A stretch of DNA of 64,000 nt, taken from contig JAWLHY010000012.1 of NCBI GenBank assembly GCA_041690135.1, positions 221,428-285,427 of the forward strand, given 5' to 3'. Shown piece by piece: positions 24,843 to 34,694 of this stretch; the first letter of the stretch is position 1; each line of letters begins with the position of its first letter. The notes below the pieces were generated by a model that saw nothing but the letters and a program-made list of their open reading frames with translations, was not told where the DNA came from and did no database searches. Both the position numbers and the translations under genes were made by a program. The stretch comes from Armatimonadota bacterium. GTDB lineage: Bacteria > Armatimonadota > SYMT01.

Positions 24843-25860
24843 CTGCGTTCCCTCCACACGACTCCCGTATCACCAGTTGCGGAGGCAGCGACACGAAGTG
24901 CGGTTCCGGCGCGTCGAAGCCCGGTTCCAGCCGCTGGAAGAGGCGCTCCACCGCGAGGTGAGACTGTTCCTCGATGGGCTGCGAGATCGTGGTCAGCGGC
25001 ACGGGCGCAAACTCCGAAGCTTCCAGGTTGTCGAACCCGACCACCGCCAGGTCCTCTGGGATCCGCAAGCCGGCTTCCCGGAAAGCGCGCATCGCCCCGA
25101 TCGCGTTCTCGTCGTTGTTGCAGAACACCGCCGTCTGGTCGCCCCCGCGGGAAAGGAGTTCCTGGGCCGCCCGGTAGCCGTTTCGATATCCCGCGCCTGC
25201 CTCGACGAAGAGGGTGCGGTCTACTTCCAGGCCGTGTTCGGTAAAGGCCTGCACGTAACCTTCGGTCCGGCTGCGGTCGGTTTCGTACCGCTGGTCGCCA
25301 TGGATGTAGGCGATCCGCCGGTGCCCGAGCCGGATCAGGTGATCGATCGCCAGGTAGCCCCCCACCTTACGGTCCACGGTCACGCAGTCCAGGTCGACGC
25401 CCGGCACCTGGGCCATCGTGACGACGGGGATCCCGGATTCCAGCAGCGGCTTGAGCGCCTCAACGGTGAGCTCCGCGCTCGGCTGAATCAGGAGCAGTCC
25501 GTCCGCCATGCTACTTTGGCACTCCTCCAGGGCGCGTAGTTCGGCATCCTGCCGCGCGGCGGCGATCCACACGGCAGTGCGGTACCCGCGCTCGCGGATG
25601 GCCCGGTCGGCCGCCTGGAGCCGCAGCAGCGCGACCCGCGTCGTCACGTCATATGCCATCAACCCGATCAGCTCGCTCTTGCCCAGTCGCAATGTGCGCG
25701 CGTGGAGGTTCTGCCGGTAGCCCAGTTGCCGGGCCACCGTCACCACCTTGTCGCGGGTCCGCGCGCCGATAAAGGTCTCCGGCTCATCCCGGAGGACCTT
25801 GGACACGGTCGCGATGGAGACCCCGGCCTCGCGGGCGATATCTTTCAACGTAACGGGCAT
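24835..25860 (-). CDS. LacI-family transcriptional regulator
   Basis: VTLKDIAREAGVSIATVSKVL HTH; IPEDLAVVGFDN and LTTISQP motifs. Confidence 0.95.
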   Translation of the reverse strand: MPVTLKDIAREAGVSIATVSKVLRDEPETFIGARTRDKVVTVARQLGYRQNLHARTLRLGKSELIGLMAYDVTTRVALLRLQAADRAIRERGYRTAVWIAAARQDAELRALEECQSSMADGLLLIQPSAELTVEALKPLLESGIPVVTMAQVPGVDLDCVTVDRKVGGYLAIDHLIRLGHRRIAYIHGDQRYETDRSRTEGYVQAFTEHGLEVDRTLFVEAGAGYRNGYRAAQELLSRGGDQTAVFCNNDENAIGAMRAFREAGLRIPEDLAVVGFDNLEASEFAPVPLTTISQPIEEQSHLAVERLFQRLEPGFDAPEPHFVSLPPQLVIRESCGGNADA

Positions 25861-25876
25861 CAGGGGGTGTTCAGGG

Positions 25877-25905
25877 TGTTGTAACGATCAACGTACAACG
25901 TTTTC
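25877..25905. promoter_or_regulatory. Candidate LacI-type operator(s)
   Basis: GTTGTA-N10-TACAAC palindrome containing TTGTAACGATCAA and ACAACGTTTT (central CG), directly upstream of the LacI gene. Confidence 0.45.
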
Positions 25906-26071
25906 CCTAACAGGAGTATGTCGCACAACCAGCCCCCTGTCAACCACCAGACAAGATCGTCCATCCTCAACCATCCCGGCACCGGAACCTCACCGCCTGA
26001 AAGCCTGAACGTTCGAACACCCACCCCCACGTGCCCCGCCCTCCACCCACCCAGCGCACGAACTTAACGCC

Positions 26072-26247
26072 TCACGTCCCATGACGGTTCAGTTTTCCTC
26101 ACAGCGCGTTGCTCTGTCGCCCCTCCGGGGCTTTTCAGATAGGCGTCAGGTCCGGGGGTTCGCACCCCCGGCTACTCTCCGCTCGCCCCTCCGGGGCTGA
26201 AAACCGGTACCTGTCGAAAACTGAATCACCCCGTATCACGTCCCATG
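26072..26247. mobile_element. ~152-bp MITE-like element flanked by 12-bp direct repeats
   Basis: TCACGTCCCATG at 26072-26083 and 26236-26247; terminal IR TTCAGTTTTC / GAAAACTGAA; internal GCCCCTCCGGGGC hairpins. Confidence 0.65.
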
Positions 26248-26357
26248 CGAGGTAGTAGTCACGCCCCCGCTCCCCCTCTGCACGGATCCTCACGCATCAC
26301 GCCCCCATCCTGTCCACGGCGGTTCGGAATACGCAATACGGAATTCGCATCACACAA

Positions 26358-26510
26358 CAGCCCGAGGTAGACCCTGTGCTCCCGCACCCTCCTGCGCACG
26401 TAACCTCACGCATCACGCATCACGCATTAGAAAGCAGCCCGAGGCCGACCCTCTGCCCCCGCACCCTCCTGCGCACGTAACCTCACGCATCACGCGTTAC
26501 GCATCACGCG
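26358..26510. repeat. 77-bp-period direct repeat ending in CACGCAT heptamer runs
   Basis: CAGCCCGAGG..GACCCT.TGC.CCCGCACCCTCCTGCGCACGTAACCTCACGCATCACGC at 26358 and 26435. Confidence 0.8.
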
Positions 26511-26714
26511 CCTTCTGCACGTGCGCCAAAATCTTGACCAATACACCCGGCCAGTGAACGAGATCTAAGGAATGTTTCAAGAATTACCAGACGCCAACAT
26601 CTCCCGAATAATCCGCGAAAATTTTTTGCTCCGGAGAGAGGGAAAGCGCGGAAACGCATTGAATACACCGAGCGAGTTAAGCTGTTTTCCATTGCACAGC
26701 GAGGAGGAACAGGA

Positions 26715-26858
26715 TTGGAAGGCTACTGCGTTAAGTGCCGGTCGAAAAAGGAAATCAAGGACGCCAAGCAGGTGACCATGAAGAATGGCCGCCCAGCGAC
26801 CGAAGGCGTATGCCCCGACTGCGGCACGAAAATCTTCAAGATCGGTAAGGCCGAGTAG
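26715..26858 (+). CDS. 47-aa zinc-ribbon protein, DUF5679-like (absent from the ORF track)
   Basis: GAGGAGG RBS and TTG start; MEGYCVKCRSKKEIKDAKQVTMKNGRPATEGVCPDCGTKIFKIGKAE with two CxxC motifs. Confidence 0.88.
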   Translation: MEGYCVKCRSKKEIKDAKQVTMKNGRPATEGVCPDCGTKIFKIGKAE

Positions 26859-27026
26859 GCACCCATACCGGCTCTTAGACAGTCTCTTATGCTTGACCCG
26901 CGGCCCCGCGAGGCCGCAACGACACCTCACGGTTTCCTCGTAAACAGGTCCTCTGATCCGGCCCTACGGCCGACCCCACTATCAGATCCCCTGTCGGTTA
27001 CCCCCTGATCATTACCCCCAGATCGG

Positions 27027-27058
27027 ACCCCTACCGTCCCGGTAGGGGTTTCTTTCTT
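27027..27058 (+). terminator. Intrinsic terminator
   Basis: ACCCCTACCG-TCC-CGGTAGGGGT followed by TTCTTTCTT. Confidence 0.75.
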
Positions 27059-27196
27059 GCCCCGGTTTTGCACAGGTTTTCGACAACCGGGGAGGAGGAT
27101 TCCGTCTGGTCCCAGGCACGAAGCCAGGCACGAGCCGGAGTTTTGCACAGGTTTTCGACAATCGCGGAATCCATGTCGAAAACCCCTACACACGAA

Positions 27197-28321
27197 TCAG
27201 GGAGTCGGCGGATTCCAAAGGACCACGCCCATGTGGTACCGGTGGTGCTGGGCCACCCCCGAGGCGTAGTAGGCCGTAACGATCGACCCATCCGGCCGCT
27301 GCACGCTGCTGGGGTATCCGCAGTCCGTCGCCAGGGTATCGGCCAGGCGCAGCGGATCGCTCCAGGTTTTCCCTTCGTCGCTGCTCAATCGCGCCAGTAC
27401 CCCATACTGGTCTTTCACCCGGTTGCCGTAGCTCAGCAGCAACCGTCCGTCCTTGAGCCGGGCCACGTGCGCGTTGATTTCGTTCCGCGCCGTTACCCGC
27501 TGTGGTCCCTGCCAGGTCGCGCCGTCGTCTTCCGAGCGGAACAACTCCACGGCGTCCACGCGGGCCGCGGCGAGCCACCGCTTACCGCCCAGGTGGAACA
27601 GGGAAGTCTCGTTGTGTCGCGGACCGATGATGGAGGTGGCCCGCCAGGTCTTCCCGTCGTCATCGCTGCGGAAGTGCCAGGCACGGTACCCCTTGATCTT
27701 TGAGGATTGGCTGGGGTCGGTGAACTCGCCGGAGTAACAGGAGGCGTGGAGCGCCCCGTCCTCTCCCACGAAGATATCTCCGAACGGGATGTACTCGCTC
27801 CAGCCCGCCTCGGGCGCCGGAAACTGCGTGTGCCGGGTCCACGTGCGGCCGCCGTCGCTGGAACGGCAGACCCAGCTTCGCAGGATATCGTCGCGGAAGG
27901 CCGCCTGCTTGGGACGCTGGGGCTGCTTCACGTTGGTCCACCCGGAGCACAACACCAGCAGATCTCCGTTTTGCGCCAGGCCCGCGGCCACGTTCATCCG
28001 GTTGGTGTCCGGCTCGTGGGGGGCCGGTGTACCCCGCTTCTCCCACAGGCGCCCGTCGCTGCTGGCCCAGCACTCCACGTCGCCTTCCCGCTGCCCGTGG
28101 CTCGGCTGGTTGAAGATCGTGGCGATCAGGGTACCGTCCCGCAGCACGGTCAGGTTGGGCCACGCGCACACGTTGTCGATGCCGATGAACCGCCCCGTCA
28201 CCTGTGCCGGTTCACCGGAAGAAGCCACGGCCGCCGCACGCCCCGGGGCCATCACAGCGCCACCCACACAGGCCAGGAAGGGGACCACCACCGGTTGAAA
28301 AAGGAGTTGGCGTCTGTTCAT
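27197..28321 (-). CDS. Tat-exported sialidase-like BNR/Asp-box protein
   Basis: MNRRQLL leader with GAGGAA RBS; repeated SxDxGxTW Asp boxes; DCGYPSS motif. Confidence 0.85.
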   Translation of the reverse strand: MNRRQLLFQPVVVPFLACVGGAVMAPGRAAAVASSGEPAQVTGRFIGIDNVCAWPNLTVLRDGTLIATIFNQPSHGQREGDVECWASSDGRLWEKRGTPAPHEPDTNRMNVAAGLAQNGDLLVLCSGWTNVKQPQRPKQAAFRDDILRSWVCRSSDGGRTWTRHTQFPAPEAGWSEYIPFGDIFVGEDGALHASCYSGEFTDPSQSSKIKGYRAWHFRSDDDGKTWRATSIIGPRHNETSLFHLGGKRWLAAARVDAVELFRSEDDGATWQGPQRVTARNEINAHVARLKDGRLLLSYGNRVKDQYGVLARLSSDEGKTWSDPLRLADTLATDCGYPSSVQRPDGSIVTAYYASGVAQHHRYHMGVVLWNPPTP

Positions 28322-28556
28322 CGCTTTCCTCAAGTGTACGTCTAGGGTTTCGTAACCGTCTTGCGTGTGGGACTTCTCCGGTAAGTCCTGGTTTTCCTCG
28401 GCTGATGTAGATCCGACGAACACTTCCTGGAGGCACCTTGGTTTCTCCGTGAAGCCTCCATACGAAAGACCCGGTGGCGCACTGCACCACCGGGTCTTTC
28501 GGAATCTCAATCCGATCTTTCCAATCTGTGAAATCTGTGGCTCCACCGCCCGCAGA

Positions 28557-29819
28557 TCACATATGGCTGATCACGGCATCCCCGAACTCGCTGGTCTTCA
28601 GCTTCGTGGCGGGGCGCCCCTCGGCTTCCATCAGGCGGTGGAAGTCGTAGGTCACGGTGCCGGCCCCGATGGCGCCGTCCATGCCCTTGATGATCAGGTC
28701 CGCGGCCTCGTTCCAGCCGAGGTGGCGGAACATCATCTCGCCGGAGAGGATCACGCTGCCCGGGTTTACCACGTCCTGGTCCGCGTATTTCGGCGCGGTG
28801 CCGTGGGTCGCCTCGAAGATGGCGTGGCCGGTGTGGTAGTTGATGTTGCCGCCCGGCGCGATGCCGATGCCGCCCACCTGGGCCGCCAGGGCATCGCTCA
28901 GGTAGTCGCCGTTCAGGTTGGTGGTGGCGATCACGTCGAAGTCCGCCGGCCGGGTCAACACCTGCTGGAGAGTGATGTCCGCGATGGCGTCCTTGATTAC
29001 GATGCCCTGCGGCAACTTGCACCACGGGCCGCCGTCGATCTCTTCGCCGTCGAACTCGCTCTTCGCCAGCTCGTAGCCCCAGTCGCGGAAGGCGCCCTCG
29101 GTGAACTTCATGATGTTCCCCTTGTGGACGAGCGTGACGCTCTTCCGGTTGTTCGCGATCGCGTAGCGGATCGCGGCCCCGATCAGGCGCTGGCTGCCCT
29201 CGGAGCTCACCGGCTTGATGCCGATGCCGCTCGTCTCGGGGAAGCGGACCTTCTTCACGCCCATCTCGTTCTGGAGGAAGGAGATCACCTTCTGCGCTTC
29301 CGGGGTACCCGCCGCCCACTCGATGCCGGCGTAGATGTCTTCCGTGTTCTCGCGGAAGATCACCATGTCCACCAACTCGGGGCGCTTCACCGGGGAAGGC
29401 ACGCCCTGGAAGTAGCGGACCGGGCGGAGGCAGACGTACAGGTCCAGGATCTGGCGCAGGGCCACGTTCAGGCTGCGGATGCCGCCGCCGACGGGCGTGG
29501 TCAGGGGGCCCTTGATGCCGACCAGGTACTGCCGGAACGCGGTGATGGTGTCGTCCGGCAGCCAGTTGTTGAACTTGTTGAACGCCTTTTCACCGGCGTA
29601 GACTTCGAACCAGGCGATCTTCTTCTTGCCGCCGTAGGCCTTCTCCACCGCGGCGTCCAGCACCCGCACGGAAGCACGCCAGATATCGCGGCCGGTGCCG
29701 TCTCCCTCGATGAAGGGGAGGATCGGGTTGTCCGGTACCTGCAGCTCGCCGGTGGACGAGAGGGTGATCGGCTGCCCTTCGGTGGGCAGGGAAAGGTCGG
29801 TAAACTCGGGTTGGCTCAT
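28557..29819 (-). CDS. icd: NADP-dependent isocitrate dehydrogenase
   Basis: [49 protein letters not shown] and [10 protein letters not shown] motifs. Confidence 0.97.
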   Translation of the reverse strand: MSQPEFTDLSLPTEGQPITLSSTGELQVPDNPILPFIEGDGTGRDIWRASVRVLDAAVEKAYGGKKKIAWFEVYAGEKAFNKFNNWLPDDTITAFRQYLVGIKGPLTTPVGGGIRSLNVALRQILDLYVCLRPVRYFQGVPSPVKRPELVDMVIFRENTEDIYAGIEWAAGTPEAQKVISFLQNEMGVKKVRFPETSGIGIKPVSSEGSQRLIGAAIRYAIANNRKSVTLVHKGNIMKFTEGAFRDWGYELAKSEFDGEEIDGGPWCKLPQGIVIKDAIADITLQQVLTRPADFDVIATTNLNGDYLSDALAAQVGGIGIAPGGNINYHTGHAIFEATHGTAPKYADQDVVNPGSVILSGEMMFRHLGWNEAADLIIKGMDGAIGAGTVTYDFHRLMEAEGRPATKLKTSEFGDAVISHM

Positions 29820-30050
29820 GGTTGTCAAATCCAAACGATCCGGGGGATCGCGGGGGTAAAGCAGGGAGCTGGAACTATCAATGGATACGGGCTTCACTAG
29901 ACACAGCCGACGTAGGTCGGCTTCGCCGTTTGTAGGCGTGAGTTTACTCGCCCAACTGAAGCACTCGTGTCTTGGTAACTAACACGCAGCGACCCATGTC
30001 CGGCGCGAGACGCGAGACATGGGTCGCCGGGTGCGGGACTGTGGGAACCG

Positions 30051-31172
30051 TTAGCGCTCGTCGATCGGAACGTAGTGCTGGTCCACCGGGCCGACGTACT
30101 CGCCGCGCGGGCGGATGATCCGGTTGTTCGCGAGCTGCTCCATCACGTGCGCCGTCCAGCCGGTTACGCGGCTCGCGGCGAACACGGGGGTGAACAGGTC
30201 GGTGGGAATGCCCAGCACGTGGTAGACGGTGGCGCTGTAGAAATCCACGTTCGGGTTGATGTTCTTTTCGCGGAGCATCAACTCTTCGATCTTCGTGGAG
30301 ATCTGGTAGAGGTGCGGGTTGCCGCTCTCTTCCGCCAGGGCCTTCGCCATCTTCTGGAGCTCGAACGCGCGCGGGTCCTTGGTCTTGTAGACCGCGTGGC
30401 CGAAGCCCATCACGCGGCCGCCCTTCTGGCCGAGGATGCCGTGGACGTAGGGCTCCACGTTGTCCACCGTGCCCACTTCCTCCAGCATCCGGAACACCGC
30501 CTCGTTGGCGCCGCCGTGCAGCGGGCCGGAGAGGGTGCCGATGGCGCTGGTAATGGCGGAGTACATATCGGAAAGGGTGGCGATCGTCACCCGCGCCGAG
30601 AAGGTGCTGGCGTTGAACTCGTGGTCCGCGTGCAGGATGAGCGCCACGTCCATGGTGCGGGTGGCGACGTTGCTCGGCTCCTGCCCCGTGAGCGTGAACA
30701 GGAAGTTCCCGGCCACACTCAGGTCCGCTCGCGGGGCGATCGGTTCCCGCCCGTTGCGCAGGTGGTTGAACGCCGTGATGATCGTGGGGATCTGCGCCGT
30801 CAGGCGGACCGCCTTGCGCCGGTTGGCCTCGGCGCTGTTGTCGTCCGCGTCCGGGTCCCACATGCCGAGGGCGGAGACCACCGTCCGCAGGGCATCCATC
30901 GGCTTCGCCGAGGCGGGAAAGCTCCGCATCATGGAGAGCACGGCCTCGGGAATGACGGCGCAGCTTCGCAGCTCCGCCTGCAGCGCGTTCAACTCGTCGC
31001 GCTTGGGCAGCCGGCCGTACCACAGCAGGTACGCGACTTCTTCAAAGGTGGCGTTTTCCGCCAGTTCCTGGATCGGGATCCCTCCGTAGAAGAGCTCCCC
31101 TTTCAGCCCATCCAGGGTGCAAATGCTCGTGGTGCCGGCAATGACATCACGCAACCCGGCCGATGACGACAC
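30051..31172 (-). CDS. gltA: Citrate synthase (short, dimeric type)
   Basis: LHADHEFNAST, GPLHGGANE, MGFGHAVYKTKDPR and PNVDFYSA motifs; lies upstream of icd. Confidence 0.93.
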   Translation of the reverse strand: MSSSAGLRDVIAGTTSICTLDGLKGELFYGGIPIQELAENATFEEVAYLLWYGRLPKRDELNALQAELRSCAVIPEAVLSMMRSFPASAKPMDALRTVVSALGMWDPDADDNSAEANRRKAVRLTAQIPTIITAFNHLRNGREPIAPRADLSVAGNFLFTLTGQEPSNVATRTMDVALILHADHEFNASTFSARVTIATLSDMYSAITSAIGTLSGPLHGGANEAVFRMLEEVGTVDNVEPYVHGILGQKGGRVMGFGHAVYKTKDPRAFELQKMAKALAEESGNPHLYQISTKIEELMLREKNINPNVDFYSATVYHVLGIPTDLFTPVFAASRVTGWTAHVMEQLANNRIIRPRGEYVGPVDQHYVPIDER

Positions 31173-31485
31173 ACTAGGCTCCTTTCAGAGAGGCGCTTGG
31201 GTAAAGCTGGCGCGGGGTCCCGAACACGCGCGATACGGCCCACGAAGGGCTCCACGGGAGTCCGCCCGGCTGAGGACAAAGGTTATGAGTGCAGCCCGCC
31301 GGCGACGGCGGGCAGGCGCCATGATTACTTCGTAAAAATATCGCGTTCTCCTCTCCCCCGGCAGAATCTTCCTGCCGCTCCCCTCGTTCGTCCCTCTCGT
31401 TCTGCACCGGACCTTGAAATCGACACGGGAACCCGGAAGGGATCTCCACCGTGTACACACACGACTCCGGCGCCTCCCGAAGCTC

Positions 31486-31491
31486 TATAAT
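31486..31491 (+). promoter_or_regulatory. Sigma70 -10 box, probably giving a leaderless polB transcript
   Basis: TATAAT ends 6 nt before the ATG at 31498; no SD sequence. Confidence 0.5.
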
Positions 31492-31497
31492 GTCACC

Positions 31498-33771
31498 ATG
31501 CGATTTGCTCACGAACCGACCCTCGGCCTCTCCTGCCAACCCGAGGCGGCGGAAAACCGGCACTCCGGCGCGTCCCGCACCGGGGAAGCGGCCGTGCCGT
31601 GCCTCTTCGGCTTCGACGACACTCCGGGCGTGGTGGCGGTGGAAGTCTCGGACCGGGAAGCGATCCTGATTCTCGCCCGAGATGGGGAGCGGGGCGCGGG
31701 GGAATCGCGGATCCGGGAGACCCGTCCCTTTCGGCCCTGGCTGCTGGCCGGTGAAGAGGCCGGCGCAGGAGAGGAAGCTCCCTCCCCTTCGCTGGTGCCG
31801 GGGGCGGAGTGGACTCGTGTTCGCGGCCAAGGGCTCGTGTGGCTAGCGGAACTGCCGGACTGGTCGGCCTTCCAGGGCGCGCGCGACCGGCTCCGCGAGG
31901 GCGGCATTCCCCACCTGGCCTATGCCTCGCCCGTCAAACAGTTCCTCATTCGCAGCGGCGTCACGCTCTTCAAAGGCCTGGAGTTCAACGGCATCCGCCG
32001 GATGCAGTTCGACCTGGAGACCAACTCGCTCGACCCGCACCGGCCGGATAGCCGCATCCTGCTGATTGCCGCCGGGGATAACCGTGGCGGGGCCTGGCTG
32101 CTGGCGAGCGAAGACGAGAAATCCCTTCTCGAGCAGTTCCTGGAGCTCGTCCGCGAGATCGACCCCGACGTGCTGGAAGGGCACAACGTCTTCGGCTTCG
32201 ATTTCCCGTTTCTCGCGGCGCGGGCGGAGGCGCTGGGGGTGCCGCTGCTCCTGGGGCGGGACGGTTCGAAGCTGTCGTTCGGTCGCGAGCGCAACGTGCC
32301 GATCGGCGGGATCACGCGACCTTACCGCCCCGCCTACGCCTGGGGCCGGCACATCGTGGATACCCTCTTCGCCGTCCAGCGGTTCGACATCGCCCGGGGC
32401 GACCTGGAATCCCACAGTCTCAAGAACGTCGCCATCCACTACGGTATCGCGCCGCCCGACCGGGTCTACCTGGACGGCGGCACGCTCGCGGAGACCTACC
32501 GTCGCGATCCCGAGTTGGTGCGCACCTACGCCCGCCAGGACATCGAGGAGACCTGCCGGCTGGCGGAATTGGTGCTGCCCACGGAGTTCTACCAGGCGCA
32601 AATGGTGCCGGAGAGCTACCAGTCGGTGGCCACGGGCGGCTCCGGGGAGAAGATCAACTCCCTGCTGATCCGGGAGTACCTCTCGCGCGGCTACGGGGTG
32701 CCCCAGCCGCAGCCCGCCGTGGCCTGCCCCGGCGGCTACACCGAGATCCGCGAGACCGGCGTGCTGCGCCGGGTGGTGAAGGCCGACGTGGAGAGCCTGT
32801 ACCCCAGCATCATGCTGCGGTTCGATATCCATCCCGCCAGCGATACGCTGGGCGTGTTCCTGCCGATGCTGAAGGAGCTGACCGCGCGCCGGCTGGAAGC
32901 GAAGGGCCGGGCTCGGGCCGGGGGGCCGGATGCCGCCTACTGGGACGGCCTGCAGTCCTCCTTCAAGATCCTCATCAACTCCTTCTACGGCTACCTGGGG
33001 GCGCTGTTCCACTTCAACGACTACCAGGCCGCCACCCGGGTCACCACCACCGGGCAGGAGCTGGTGAAGCAGGTGGCGGACGCCCTCACGGCCTCCGGCA
33101 GTCGCGTCATCGAGATCGATACGGACGGGGTCTACTTCGTCCCGCCCGCCGGAGTCGAGGATCTAGAAGGGGAGATCGCCTACATCCAGCGGATCGGCGA
33201 GGCGCTCCCACCCGGCATTCACCTGGCGCACGATGGGCGCTATGCCGCCATGGTGAGCCTGAAGATCAAGAACTACGTGCTGGTCGGCTACGACGGAAAG
33301 AAGACGGTCAAGGGCTCTTCCCTCCGCTCCCGCGCAGACGAGCCGTTCGGCCGGGAGTTCATCCTGCGCGCCGTCGATTACCTCGTGGCGGGCGACCTCG
33401 CCGGGCTCTCGGCCGACTATCAGCGTCTGCACGACCGGATCTCGCGGGGGGATTGGTCGCCGGAGGAGTTTTGCCGGCGGGAGCGGGTGACGGAGAAGAC
33501 CTTCCAGAGCGCCGCGAAGAAGAAATCCCGGGAAGTGGCGCAGGGCCTGCAGGTAGGGGACACGCTCACCATTTACCAGCGCCAGGACGGCTCCCTCGGG
33601 CTGGCGGAGCGCTACGCTGGAGATGAGGACCGCTGGTATTACCTGGACAAGCTCTACAAGTTCGCGCAGCGGTTCCAGGAAGCTGTGGGCCCCGAGTTCG
33701 ACAGCCTGATCCCGCGCCCCTCCAAAAAGGAGCTGAAGGCGGTGGCAGTCGGCCAGGGCACCCTCTTCTAA
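31498..33771 (+). CDS. Family-B DNA polymerase with 3'-5' exonuclease
   Basis: ExoI FDLET, ExoII HNVFGFDF, ExoIII YARQD; polymerase motifs DVESLYPS, KILINSFYG and IDTDG. Confidence 0.93.
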   Translation: MRFAHEPTLGLSCQPEAAENRHSGASRTGEAAVPCLFGFDDTPGVVAVEVSDREAILILARDGERGAGESRIRETRPFRPWLLAGEEAGAGEEAPSPSLVPGAEWTRVRGQGLVWLAELPDWSAFQGARDRLREGGIPHLAYASPVKQFLIRSGVTLFKGLEFNGIRRMQFDLETNSLDPHRPDSRILLIAAGDNRGGAWLLASEDEKSLLEQFLELVREIDPDVLEGHNVFGFDFPFLAARAEALGVPLLLGRDGSKLSFGRERNVPIGGITRPYRPAYAWGRHIVDTLFAVQRFDIARGDLESHSLKNVAIHYGIAPPDRVYLDGGTLAETYRRDPELVRTYARQDIEETCRLAELVLPTEFYQAQMVPESYQSVATGGSGEKINSLLIREYLSRGYGVPQPQPAVACPGGYTEIRETGVLRRVVKADVESLYPSIMLRFDIHPASDTLGVFLPMLKELTARRLEAKGRARAGGPDAAYWDGLQSSFKILINSFYGYLGALFHFNDYQAATRVTTTGQELVKQVADALTASGSRVIEIDTDGVYFVPPAGVEDLEGEIAYIQRIGEALPPGIHLAHDGRYAAMVSLKIKNYVLVGYDGKKTVKGSSLRSRADEPFGREFILRAVDYLVAGDLAGLSADYQRLHDRISRGDWSPEEFCRRERVTEKTFQSAAKKKSREVAQGLQVGDTLTIYQRQDGSLGLAERYAGDEDRWYYLDKLYKFAQRFQEAVGPEFDSLIPRPSKKELKAVAVGQGTLF

Positions 33772-33782
33772 TCCGTCCCGCC

Positions 33783-34178
33783 TTACGGCACGATGTGCGC
33801 GTCCTGGTCGCCGGGGGTGCCTCCAATGCTGCACGTCGGGAGTTCGCCGAGCGTCCCGATCTTGTAGGTCCCGCCCGCGGGGCAGACGGGGGCATTCTTC
33901 AGGTAGACGCCCGGTACCACCAAGTCCGACATCACGGGAGAGTCGGTGTTGCCTTTCTGGGTGTCCATAGCCCAGCGCTCCTTGGAGCCCAGGATCTGCT
34001 TGAGGTTGTGCTGGCAGGCCTTGGCCTGGCCGGACTGCCGGGCGCGGATGAACTGCGGCATCGCGATGGAAAGCAGCAGCCCCATGATCAGGACGACAAT
34101 GAGGATTTCCACCAAGGTGAACCCCCGCTTGTGGCCGAGACTTGCGTGGTCGGTGTTCTCTTGGCGAGAGGTCCTCAT
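33783..34178 (-). CDS. Prepilin-type N-terminal cleavage/methylation protein
   Basis: KRG|FTLVEILIVVLIMG class III signal; CPAGGTY motif. Confidence 0.9.
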   Translation of the reverse strand: MRTSRQENTDHASLGHKRGFTLVEILIVVLIMGLLLSIAMPQFIRARQSGQAKACQHNLKQILGSKERWAMDTQKGNTDSPVMSDLVVPGVYLKNAPVCPAGGTYKIGTLGELPTCSIGGTPGDQDAHIVP

Positions 34179-34337
34179 CCCAGCATCTCCTGTCTGTTGT
34201 GGGCCGGGGTCGAATCCGACCGCCCTCGGCCCGAACTATGGAAGGAATGTGCCGTACTTCGTCTCCCACCTTGAGACTGGCAGCTTCCGGCCAGGTGTGA
34301 ATTGCCTCACACCTCAATCCGGTGCATGGATTCCCCT

Positions 34338-34694
34338 TTAGGGGTGGATATGTTCCCCGCCCAGGCTGCAACGCGGGCCTTCATTCAGTCGCCCAATAAC
34401 GTAGGTGCCGCCGGCCGGGCATTCCGGAGTGCTCTTCAGGTAGACGCCCGGCACCACCAGGTCCGACATCACCGGGGTGGCGTCCGCCGGCCGGTTGTTG
34501 TCCATGGCCCAGCGTTCCTTCGCTCCCTGGAGTTCCCGCAGGTTGAACTGGCACCCCGTGTTGCTGGAGTTCTCTCGGGCTCGAATGAACTGCGGCATGG
34601 CGACGGACAGCAACATGCCCATGATCAACACCACGATCAACACTTCCACCAGGGTGAACCCGGAACGGAGGCTCCTCACCGGCCTGCGAGTCAT
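34338..34694 (-). CDS. Prepilin-type protein, paralogue of 33783-34178
   Basis: RSG|FTLVEVLIVVLIMG; shares KERWAMD, PVMSDLVVPGVYLK and CPAGGTY. Confidence 0.9.
   Translation of the reverse strand: MTRRPVRSLRSGFTLVEVLIVVLIMGMLLSVAMPQFIRARENSSNTGCQFNLRELQGAKERWAMDNNRPADATPVMSDLVVPGVYLKSTPECPAGGTYVIGRLNEGPRCSLGGEHIHP

Noticed and set aside
31498-34694. Prophage or casposon/pipolin around the PolB gene
   Set aside because: No integrase, Cas1, capsid genes or terminal repeats; host-like GC and housekeeping neighbours.
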